From Zygophlyctis sp. KS116 (taxonomy: Eukaryota > Fungi > Chytridiomycota): a stretch of DNA of 32,000 bases. Shown piece by piece: positions 18,851 through 30,071 of the stretch. The notes beneath the pieces are model-generated. The model ran no database searches. It saw only the letters and a program-made list of their open reading frames with translations, and had not been told where the DNA came from. Numbering within the stretch: position 1 is the first letter of the stretch; each line of letters opens with the position of its first letter. Where the stretch lies: the NCBI GenBank assembly GCA_054661495.1, contig BAAFSQ010000036.1, positions 26,507 through 58,506 of the forward strand, read 5' to 3'. The position numbers and the translations under genes were made by a program.

Positions 18851-19283
18851 TTTCAAAAGATATTGGATCCAGAATATGAACATACTGTTACTAATCTGGG
18901 ACTTCGAATATGTCCTAAATGCAGAAGAGGAGTTGAAAAAACCCATGGTTGCGTACATATTACATGTTTATGCAGACATGAATTTTGTTATAATTGTGGA
19001 TCTGATTGGATTCCTAAACGTCAATGTTCATGCTCTCTATTTTCAGAAGCTGAATTAGATCGAATAATCGTTGATCGGGCTCCATTACTCAATGTACAGG
19101 AGCGAGCAGCACTAGAAAATGTCTTGCGTAATCATGATCAACATCAGCATGTATGGAGCCGTCACTTTATTTTTAATTCCAAGTATAGACATTGTTCTAC
19201 TTGCAGATGGGTATGTAACCAATGGTTTCATAGATGTGAAGGTTGAAGTCCGCTGCGGAAGATGTACTTTGAATAGAGATTAA
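18851..19283 (+). pseudogene. Remnant of an RBR (RING-IBR-RING) E3 ubiquitin ligase: RING2/Rcat plus C-terminal Cys/His domain
   Basis: RICPKCRRGVEKTHGCVHITCLCRHEFCYNCG is a RING2 domain. There is no in-frame ATG (TAA at 18848) and no RING1/IBR upstream. After CEG* the Cys pattern resumes in another frame as VRCGRCTLNRD* (TAA 19281-19283). Confidence 0.7.
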
Positions 19284-19317
19284 TGATTTTATACGATGTT
19301 TGAGCGCAACAAAAAAT

Positions 19318-20647
19318 ATGTCTTCTGATGACGATTTCATGATGGAAGAAGATTTTGAATTTGAAAATGAAGAATCGGACTCTGATTCTGGGAATATTCC
19401 ATTGGAGAATTCATACTATTCAGCAAAGGGACTCAAGGATGAATTTCCACAGGAAGCGATCAAGGAATTCCAGGCTGTTTTAGATAAAGAAGTTGAAAGA
19501 GGAGATTGGGGATTTAAGGCACTCAAGCAAATGTTGAAAACAAGTTTTAAAAATGGAAATTATCAGCAAGCGTTACTATACTATGATCAGTTGTTGGATT
19601 ACTCGAATTCAGTTTCTAAAAATTACTCTGAAAAGTCAATAAACAATTTATTAGAATTGATTGGATCATGTCAAAACTCTGAATTTTTACAGGAATTTTA
19701 CTCAAAAACTTTGAATTCGGGAGTAAATGAGCGATTGATTGGAAAATGTAATCTAAAATTGGCAAAAGTTTATCTCTCTAATAGGGAATTTGGGAAATTA
19801 TCTAAATTACTCAACAAACTTCATGGGACTTGTACATTGGAAGATGGGACAGATGATCAAAAAAAGGGTACAACTTTATTAGAAATTTTTGCTCTAGAGA
19901 TTCAAATGCATACTGAAATGAAGAATACAAAGAAACTGAAAAAAGTTTATAACCAGTGTTTGGGAGTCAAGTCTGCTATTCCACATCCTAGGATTATGGG
20001 AATTATTAGAGAATGTGGAGGTAAAATGTATATGGCGGAAAAGGAATGGTCATTAGCTCAAACTGATTTTTTTGAAGCTTTTAAGAATTATGATGAAGCA
20101 GGATCTCCTGCACGTATTAATACTTTAAAATATTTAGTATTGACAAATATGTTGATGGAGTCTGATATTAATCCTTTTGATTCTCAAGAGACTAAACCTT
20201 TTCAAAATGATTCTGAAATTTTAGCAATGACAAGACTAGTATCGGCATTTCAAAGAAAAGAAATTAGAGAATTTGAAAGTATTTTAGCAGAAAATCAATC
20301 ATGTATCATGGGAGATCCATTTATCAAGACTCATATTGATCAAGTTTTAAGGAATATTAGATCTCAAGTTTTGATAAAGTTAATTGTACCTTATACAAGA
20401 ATTGAATTAGGATTTATTTCTCAAAAATTAAATATTTCGATACAAGATGTTGAAAATTTATTAGTGGGACTAATACTAGATAAACGTGTTAATGCAAGGA
20501 TAGATCAAGTATCAAACATTCTGGAATTAAATAAAGCGTAGGCTTTTATTTACTAATATAAATAGGCATGCTGATGAAGAAATTGCACTTGAAAGTCTTT
20601 CAATCAAGGTAGAAAGATATTTTGAAAATTTAATTACTAAAGTGTGA
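19318..20647 (+). CDS. CSN2: COP9 signalosome subunit 2
   Basis: MSSDDDFM, LENSYYSAKGLK, WGFKALKQM, NYSEKSIN, SAIPHPRIMGIIRECGGKM, FFEAFKNYDEAG, INPFDSQETKP and a PCI domain. One intron near 20538-20565, then ...ITKV* (TGA 20645-20647). Confidence 0.96.
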
Positions 20648-20712
20648 AAAAGATTATGTCTATTTAGGAATTTTTTGAGTCGCAAAAGTCAATTTGGCCA
20701 GAAACGCGCTCG

Positions 20713-23700
20713 ATGAAAAAAGTCCCAAGTAGAAATTCTTCGCTTCCCGCACCATCTTCCCAAGAAGAATCCAAGAAGAGCAATTCTAAATTAGTCGCAG
20801 AAATATTCATAAAAAATAAGATTATTCATGATTTGACCATTGAAGGAGCATGGAAAAAAAGTCTAGAGTTTTCCCAAGACATAAATTATGGGAAATTATT
20901 TTCTGTTTTACAAAAACTGAAAGAGGATTTGGAAAAAGCTTATTCAGTCTGTGAACAAGTAATTTAAAAAAGATTAAAATTTTAGAATTCTGTAAATATT
21001 TTAGCGCTAGAAAAACAAAAGGAATTGACTCAACATGAAAATTCATATCTCAGATCAATATTAAATGAAGCGCTCTTAGATACGGAAAATTTTGAACTGA
21101 AAGAGATTGTAGCCGTCAAAGAACCCTCAAGGGTTGAGCAGTTAGAGCTCAGTCTTAGGGCTTTAGAGAGGCAAGGTTCAGAGTTGAGGTCACAAGTGTC
21201 TTATTGGACTTCGGTCTCAAAAAAGAGTCAGGAAGCCAGATTAATAGCTGAAGCATCATCAAGTGTCCTAGAAAATGAATTACAAGAAATAAAAGCAGGT
21301 GCATCACCGAAAAGAACAAGTCAAAAAATTATTATTGATGATTTACAAGCGCAATTAAAAGAAAAGGAACAATTCATTCTTAAAAACATGAAAACACAAG
21401 AAAAAATTGATCAGGTTTCTCAAGGTCTAGAAGAGGCGTATTCCTCTGCAGATAAGCTTGAAAAAGAAAATTCTGATTTAAAGAAAAATTTACAGCTCAA
21501 AGAAAACTTAATTGTTGATTTAAAAGAACAATTATCTCTTTTTATTGACAGGGAAGAAAACTCTGAAAATTCAACAGAATCACTGACAAAGAAAAAATAT
21601 GATTTGATTTTACAAGAGAATCTCCAACTTTCTGGTGTTAAAAAAGTTTTAGCTGATGCGCTAGATAAAATAAACCATAAAGTCTCTCAACTTGAAATAG
21701 AAAATTCAAATCTCTCAGATAAAGTTGCCTCGATTTCTGAAAAAAACTTGATCTTGGAAGATAAAGTAGAGGAGCTAAAAGGAATTAATCAAAATCTGAA
21801 AGATAAGTACTCCAGTTTAGAAAATGTATATACTGAGGCAGTAAAAGAAATTGGCGATCTTGAAGGAAAATTGAAGGAAAAGGACACTATAATTTCGAAT
21901 TTGAAATCGGAAGTGGAGCATCCCGAAACTGAGTCTCTGGCTAATGTTTCCGAAACTGAGTCTCTGGCTGATGTTTCCGAAAAAAATGATAAATCTGCAA
22001 AATTAGATGTGTTAGAGGTATTGAAATCATTTGAATGATATTTAGACGGCTTTGTCCGAGTCAAATGACAAGATTCTTCATCTAAGAAAAGAGTTGGGAG
22101 CGGCTATGGAAAAAATCAACCTTCAGAAACAAAGTTTGAACTCAAAAGAATCTGAAATGATTGAGAGGAATGAACAAGTTGAGACTCTTACTATTGAAGT
22201 CGCCCAATTAAAAAGCTCATCGTTTATCGCAGCTGAAAAAGAAAAGCAATTTCAAGATCTCTTTGATCAATATGAAAAAAAATCTAGTGATTTTGAAACT
22301 CAAATCAATCAAGTAGAAAAGTTGGAGCGGGAGTCAAATTCATTAAAGGAAGAAATAAGCAAGCTGAAAAAACTTTTGAGTGAGAAAGATGCTTCTTTGG
22401 AAAGACAAACTTCAAATCTTTCTAATCTAAGCAATGAGCTAAATGGTAAAGAAGAAGTTATTCAGCATTTCATTCTACAGTACAGTAATTTGGAGCAAAA
22501 GAATTCTGAACTCGAGCAAGAAGTTGAAAAGTATAAGAAATCAAAAAATTCAAATGCACTGACTGATATTCAGAATTTAAAAGAAAGGAATTTGCTTTTA
22601 GAAGAGCAACTCAATGAAATGCTGGAGGAGCAAAACATATTGGAAAATTCATCCAATGAGATTCAAGAACTCAAGCTTCAAGAAAAATTGGCCAATCAGG
22701 CATTGGACGTTGTGCAAACACAACTGTTAGATTGTATGAAAGAAAATTCAAATCTAGAATCGCTTCTTAAGGAATCAAAATCTGATCAGGAAGTATTAAA
22801 GAAGAAAATTCAGTATTATTCAGAGAAAATTGAAAAGTATGAGCAGCAGTTGGAAACGGCCGACAGTATTGTTGCGTCATCAACTGCTACCAATGCCCAA
22901 GTTGAAAAATTGATGGCTAAATTAAAGGACAGCGAAGATCGAAACAAAATTTTGGAGACTGAGCTTCTTAAAGTCGCACAGAGCTTGGAACAAACTCAAG
23001 CTAAACTCAAAGAAGCAGAAGAAAAGAATAGCAATCTTCAAAGTGCTGATGCCAATGACTCGATATTAGAATCCGAATTAGAAGGCAAAATTCAGGAATT
23101 GGCAGCCTTGGAGAATGAACATAAAAATTTAGGAAACTTGTTTTCTATTCTAAAAACTGAATTAGATACCAAAGATGGAGAATATAAAAGGCTTAAACAA
23201 TCTCTAGAGATTGTTTTGAACGATTTACAGGAAGAAAAGAAGATTGTAAAGAATTTGAAGGAGGAATTACAAAGGGCTGGATCTTTGATGAATGAATCTG
23301 ATAAACTACTGATTCATGAATTAGAACAAAAACTTTCTGAATCTTTGGAAAAGAATCAAGTACTTGAAGAGGCTTTTACACATCTCCAAAAGAAATTAGA
23401 AGGAATCAATGACAATGAAATCTCAAGGACGCAAGTTTTGGAAAAAGAAATTTCTAGATTGGAAAGGGAGATTGAAACTTGTATGTTTTCTTCCAAAAGA
23501 CGCGAACATGAATACAAGGATCTTCAAGAGAATTTCTGGAAAGAAAAGCAAGAAAACGAGTCTTTAACAGAATTTATAAAACAAGCAGATCTTCCCTCAC
23601 TCCTTATCCGAGTAGGCTTCCTTGAAAAGCAATCTTTGGAAAGTGAAGCAAAATTATCAGAAACATTAAAAGCCAAACAAGTCCTAGAGTCTCAATTATC

Positions 23701-24070
23701 AAAATCAGAATCACTTGCGGTACAGTACCGAGAACAAATTGAATCTCTACCAGCTACTACCCAACCTACAAACTCTCTACTTGAAAAAAAGATTGATGAA
23801 CTTGAAGCATTCAATCAAGCTCTTTTACTCAAAATAGAAGAACTAAATGAAAAACTTGCAGAAGCCGACACTTTACGCCCCGTGACAATCATGCCTGGTG
23901 CTGATATAGAATCCGTGATTGCTGCATCTCAAAAACAATCTGTAGAAGCAGAGAGTGCTATAGATGCACTTTCCTTGGAAGTATCTAAAGCTTATGAAAA
24001 GATCAATGCTCTTGTACTGGAAAAGGAATCTTTAGAAAATGAAATTGAAAGTCTCCGGCAGAATGGATGA
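20713..24070 (+). CDS. Long coiled-coil protein of about 1100 aa, family not identified
   Basis: Three ORFs joined in frame by introns 20959-20985 and 22018-22045. E/K/L/Q/S-rich heptad pattern throughout. Confidence 0.8.
21923..21982. repeat. 27-nt in-frame tandem duplication (ETESLAxVS twice)
   Basis: ccgaaactgagtctctggctaatgttt followed by ccgaaactgagtctctggctgatgttt and a partial ccgaaa; one mismatch. Confidence 0.92.
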
Positions 24071-24177
24071 TTATGGATTTTTAAGCGTAGTGCTAGTGTA
24101 AAGTGTTTATGTAATAAATCTGTAATCCTTGATTAGTTGAATCATTTAGTAGTTGAATCAATCGTGTATCCATGGTT

Positions 24178-24213
24178 GAATAAAAGTGAATAAGAGGGAA
24201 TAAAAGTGAATAA
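24178..24213. repeat. Intergenic direct repeat, 16-nt unit, period 20
   Basis: gaataaaagtgaataa at 24178-24193 and 24198-24213, upstream of RPN5. Confidence 0.85.
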
Positions 24214-24259
24214 TAAAGGGAATTTAAAACGTTTTAAAATTTTCTTTTCGCACTGAAAA

Positions 24260-25700
24260 ATGACTGAAAACGTTAAAATGGAAAAAGACTGTTCCTCCCT
24301 TGTGGATGCAACACTGCCTAAACTGGCCGCCAGTGTAAATGACAATACTTTTAAATATAGAATGACTTGGAATCTTTTTTTAATTTGGAGAAACAAACAA
24401 GAATCGCTTGTGACACACTCTCAAACGCTCGTGTTTTAACTGCAATCATTGATTTTCTATTCAAAAAAAAGGATTTTAAGGGCCTCAATGAAGCGCTAGT
24501 GTCGCTAATGAAGAAGCATGGGCTTTTGAAACAGTCGGCAACTAAAATGATTCAACATACGATTTCTTTATTGGAAACTTTAGAATTGGGCACTGACAAA
24601 TTGGGATTAATAGATACGCTAAGACAGGTTATGGATGGGAAAATATTTGTTGAAGTGGAAAGAGCTAGATTAACTAGAGTCTTGTCTAAAATTAAGGAAG
24701 ACAAAGGGGAAATTGTAGAGGCTGCAGATATACTACAAGAATTACAGGTAAATATATTATACAAACTGACACCATTTCTAATTTTAAAATTATTAATAAA
24801 AAGGTTGAAACATTTGGATCAATGGAGAAGAGGGAAAAGACTGATTTTATTCTGGAACAAGTCAGACTGTGTATGTTAAAGGGAGATTATACAAGAGCTC
24901 AAATAATTTCAAGAAAAATTACTGTAAAATTTTTTGAGCAAAAGGATAATCAAGATTTAAAATTGCGATATTATGATTTAATGATTAAACATGCATTGCA
25001 TGGAAATGAATTTTATAATATCTGTAAATTTTACGTGTCTATATTCAATACTGAATGTATTCAAGCTGATGAAAAAAAGTGGAAAGAAGCTCTACAAAAT
25101 GCAGTTCTTTTTGTTATTCTATCACCATTTGATAATGAACAGTCTGATATGATTCATAGATTGAATTTAGAATCTAAATTGGAACAATTACCACTTTTTA
25201 AAGAGTTTTTAAAGTGTTTTATTACAAATGAATTGATTAAATGGGCAAGATTGGAAGAAATTTATTCTACTGCTTTGAAATCTACATTTGTATTTTCTTC
25301 AAAGACTGAAGATGGAATTAAAAGATATTCTACTCTTCATAAACGGGTGATTGAACATGTAATTTCTTTAAAAATTAAAAATTAGAATATTAGAGTAATT
25401 GCTAAATATTATCGTAGAATAACACTTTCTAGATTTACAGGACTTTTAGGACTTGCAGCTTCTGTAAGATTTAGAGTTTTTCAACTTTAGGAAACAGAAG
25501 AGTTTTTATCAAGTCTGGTTGTCAACAAGACTGTTTATGCGCGTATTGATCGTCCAGCTGGAATAGTTTCTTTTGTGAAGCCAAGTGAGCCATTGGTGGT
25601 TCTTAATGAATGGTGTCAGTCTGTACATTCGCTTTTGGACCTGGTAGTTAAAGCGAATCATTTGATTACCAAGGAAGAAGTTGTGCACAACCTTCGTTAA
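24260..25700 (+). CDS. RPN5: 26S proteasome lid subunit Rpn5/PSMD12
   Basis: LEKQTR, KKHGLLKQ, GKIFVEVERARLTR, ILQELQVETFGSMEKREK, LSPFDNEQSD, RVIEHNIRVIAKYY and ANHLITKEE. Four introns, including a 56-nt one at 24748-24803. Confidence 0.96.
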
Positions 25701-25702
25701 AA

Positions 25703-28700
25703 ATGAAAAATTCACCTTCTATTCCATTGTCTATAGAGTCTTTTGCCGAGACTGATGAGTTGACCAGTTTGTCTGTTACCAGGGGATTTGCCATTGGTAT
25801 CCCAGTATCAGACGAATATGGATCATGTTTTGCAGAGTCTGGAGAGTTTAAAGAGCGATTTCTTGCAAGGCTTTCAGTCTCATTGGGAAAATATTATCAT
25901 CCAATGACTATTTCTAATGATTTACAAACAGCGGACACTGTGGCCAATCTAATGCATCAACTTTCAGACAATAGACACTGTAAAATAGACTCAAAATACT
26001 CTCTACAGCAAGTGTATGATGCTGCTATGGAATTCAGAGACCCAGTGTCTATAATGATTGCTGTATCGGGCACTACTGAAGCTCTTGAGGATGGATCGTG
26101 TATACAAGAGTTATGGACAGATATCGTATTAAATGGCGTCGGAAAAGTTGTAGAAAAGATGAAGGCCATAGGAAAGAAGAAGAAGGCAAGGAATGAATTT
26201 ATACAGGAATGGAATTCAGCGTAGTAGTTTTTATTTAATTATAGTGTTTGGTTTTTTAGATGGCAATATGATTTGGGTTGTTTAGATCGAGTCATTGTTT
26301 TGAAATGGTGTTTAAAGACTTTTCAAAAATGTAGCACTGATCAGATTTATGTCTTACTAATGCTTCTAAAAGGTTTAATTTGTGATTTTGCAAGGTCGGT
26401 AAGATAAAATTAATTGATTTTTTTAGAATGAAATGTCTAAATTACTAGTAGACTCATGTATAGAAAAGAGTAATCTTTTAAATTCTAATATGGTTGTATC
26501 AGGGGAAGATGGGGTGAAATTTCTTCAAGATTTACTTTGTAAAGTTTTAGAGGTAAATATAATGTAATTTATTTTTATAGATGGTTTTAAAGGTAAATCC
26601 AGATATGTTATTACTTGAAAAATATCAAAAGTTGGTTGGACAAGGATCTTTTTCTTTCTTTCAGGATTTCGAAATTTCAAAGGAAATTGAGATGCGGACA
26701 ATTCAATTGAATTTTGATAAAAAAGTGTTTCAAAGGATTAATAATTCTTTATTCTCAAAGTTGCAAGCTCTAGATAATAATATATTATACCAGTTTTTTT
26801 TGGACTCGAGGAAAAGTTTTGAAAAACAAATTCATAATATTTGCTCTCAAGCGATTGGTTCAATTTTAGAGGATTTTTATTTGACGGCTGTAGTTGCAAT
26901 TCAGAAAGCTATAAGTTTTCACAAAGATGGATCAAGCAGAATTCAAGAATATTTGGTGTCATTTCTTTTTTTAGCAGATTGGAAAAATGTAGAGTTTGGT
27001 ATTTTTAGATTTAGCTAATTCAAGACAAACTTGTAAAATTATATAATGAATTGGTTCGGCTTGATATTTTCAATTACATAAAGTTTTTGCAGTGGCTAAT
27101 ATCTTTGGGATTTTTAGTATCAGAGAATCCAAAACGATTGTTTATCATGGACTTGATTAAAAGATTACCTTTTAAAGTATTGTCACGGCCTGAACTTATT
27201 ATTAAAAATATGTTTTTAGATGATGATTCAGAAGTTGCGGTATGTTTTTTCAAATTAATATTTTAGGATATAGTCAATGGTTTTCAGGTTAGAATTCTTG
27301 CGGCTTTTCCTAAAGTATTTTTGGATATTAATAGAGTGGATGTTCGTCGAGAAATACCCAGAAATGATCAAGCTGCTGATTTTGAATGGAATAGGATCGA
27401 TGCAGAATTATTGTTCAGCTTGGCAAAGATTGAGATTCCGAGAGCACGGGTCTTGTTAGGGAGTTGGATCGTGGAAAGTATTTACAATTTTGTGGCACAA
27501 AAGCAACAGTAGGTTACTTGTTTATGTTATCTTTAGAATTGGCATGGATAATTGGAAAAATGTGGTTGTCGCTGGAACGTCTCTGCTCAACAATAGACAG
27601 TTCAGTTCATTTATGAAAATTTTAGAATCTCTTGATGCTTATGGTAGTATCTTTAAGGTTTTATCCAAAATATTTATTTAATCATTAGATTTGTATGTGG
27701 ATGATTGAGCGTACAAATGATCACGGGATTTTGACTTCGATTACTAATTTGATACGGCAAAAACCCATACTTTATTCTTCGTATGCAGATATTTCTTCCG
27801 TTTTTGATATTTTGTTAAAAAAGGTATTTTTGGGTTTACGTTTATCACAAGTATCGTGATTTAAAAAGCAAGACGACCATGGTAGAGCTGTGTATTGGCT
27901 ATTATCTACTTGAAATTGAAGGAAGGATCGAACTAGGCTATACTCAAGAGTATAAACATGAATTGAGTCAGGTTTACAACCATCTTATGGAAGCTGTATG
28001 TTTACGTAATAGTTAATTCTTTAGGCTCCTCAAATCCAAATGAAAGGTAAATTTCGTGAGCTATCTGGATTGATTGACGGATCAACATCTGTTGAAAGTT
28101 CCATTTCTTCGTTGTTAAGAAAATATCGAAATCACGGACATATAATTAAGCACATATTCAGAAACGTTTTTGAGAATCTGAAAGATTATTCTAAAAAAAA
28201 TCAGGAGTAAGATTAATATATGCATTAACTGATTAGGTTTTGGAATTTCAGAATCATTATATCTCGAAATGTCGATGTTGTCAGGTATTTATCATTAGGA
28301 AGCCTGTCAATAACTGAAGCATTCATCACGCTACTTAAAGATCAATATCAGTCGTTAAATCAATCAACAAAACATTTATTTTCAGAAGATTGGTTCATTA
28401 GTTTTTCAATTCAGCTGATTGCGACACGATCAGTATTACTCAATAAAGTGCTATCTACTTTCGCAGTACCTCTGCTTAAAAAAACTCTGGAATCCAAGGT
28501 ACTATTAATATTTAAATGTCTAGCCGACGACAAATGAAGCTTCTTTCATTGCTCACTTCCTTAGCTTCATACGAATTTGCCTGTTTAATGATTTGACAGA
28601 GGTTATTTCGGACAATATTTTTTTAACTACTTCGGTATTAATTGGGAATTAAATCATAGGACCTAATTTCACTGGAATCGATCAGAAGTTATGATTTAGA

Positions 28701-29991
28701 AGATGAGTTTTCCTTCTTTATTTGCTATGAATTGTTTTATCAAATTTACATGCTATCGAAAAAGGCACACGAGTTTGCAGAAAACTTACATATTGAAATA
28801 GAAAGATTGGCAGGTAAAATATTCTCTGACCAGTCATGGTTCTGTTCTGTAGCGCGAAGAAAATGCGTATCTCTCTACCGTAGCTCAAAAAATGCTAGTA
28901 TTCATTACACTGTTTCACTTCTTAAATTGGACTCTAAAATCAATAATGTAGCGTACTTTTCTGATTGGCTGAAAAATCCGAGTGAGTTGTGTCATATTAG
29001 TGTTTTGCTGCTCTTGGAATTCTGGAATCAAAATGAAACTCTTAAATTCAAAGATGTTGCAGCTCAAATAATGACCCAATTATTTGATTCAAAAAGCTTT
29101 AATGGAGTTTTAACTTTATTGTCATCCGCTCATCCAGAAATTTCATTAACTCTTCTTGAAAAGTTATTATCGTTGTATTCAGTGGATTCTCAGGACAAAC
29201 AGTTTAAATTGAAATTTTTGGAAGTAGTAGAAACTTGTTGTACACATTTTACAAATGGTGTGAAAAGCGAAAGCTATTTCACTGCAGCCCTGTCTTCAAT
29301 TTTTAATTTCTCAAAAATAGTGTTTGATCAACTTAATATAGCCTTTGAAGAGAGTCATAACGTGCCCAAATTTATTGACATGTAAGTCTTTATATTAATA
29401 ATATCTAGTCTTCAGCATAATATCCCATTTCTCTGTATATTTAAATCGTTATCCTGCTTTACTGTATCCGAAATATTCACAATACCTAGAATGAAAATTC
29501 TTTTAGGAGTTTTGATTTCCAATTCATGTATTCATGGACCATCATATATCTTCAACCAGCTTCTGGACTTGATAGTTGTAGTTTTAAACGAACTTTCCCC
29601 AGAATCAATTCATCAAGTTTTTCAACAAGTAAATGTAAGTTGTTTATATTATTGAATCTAGATGACAAACATCAATTCTAAAGACTGCCGTTTGGATGTT
29701 TACAAGAGGCTAATTCGCATTTTCCCTTTCCAAAATCAATACAATGACACCAGCTTGAAAATCAACGAATCTAGTATTGGATCATTAAAATCCAAATGGG
29801 ACTTTTCAAAAATCAGCGAATGGGAACAAATGTGTAATATAGTCTCATTACCCTATGGTCCAGAAAATGAGACGAGTGATTCTTTAGGATTAAGTGATCT
29901 GTCTCAAAAAATTGCCATGTTTGAAAGAAAAAGGAAGAGGACTACTACAGATGAATTTCCAAACGGTAAGAAAATAAAGCAATCAGAGTAA
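25703..29991 (+). CDS. MED12: Mediator kinase-module subunit 12, divergent, about 15 introns
   Basis: ETDELTSLSVTRGFAIGIPVSDEYGS aligns by eye with human MED12 [27 protein letters not shown]. Also WQYDLGCLDRVIVLKW and ELVRLDIFNYIKFLQWLISLG. A continuous frame is obtained with introns starting near 26221, 26399, 26470, 26553, 26999, 27240, 27509, 27658, 27824, 27996, 28207, 28499, 28635, 29382 and 29635. Confidence 0.75.
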
Positions 29992-30071
29992 ACATTAAAA
30001 TATGATTAATAATAAACTTGTATTCGGACAAACTTGAAAGAGAATGCGAGGAACAGGTCTTCACGCGTTAA

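Noticed and set aside
18804-19058. 84-aa ORF overlapping the RBR fragment
   Set aside because: Alternative frame without motifs; the tested splice combinations did not put its ATGs in frame with RING2.
21923-21982. Short direct repeats as a CRISPR array or transposon ends (also 18511-18553 and 24178-24213)
   Set aside because: Only two copies each, no spacers, and no cas or transposase genes.
24748-24803. Recursive or nested (stwintron) splicing, or an intronic snoRNA
   Set aside because: No internal GT or AG, and too short and AT-rich with no C/D or H/ACA boxes.
6322-29991. Stop-codon reassignment, programmed frameshifts or mass pseudogenisation as the cause of fragmented ORFs
   Set aside because: Each break coincides with a GT-AG micro-intron whose removal restores conserved sequence, and TAA, TAG and TGA all serve as true stops.
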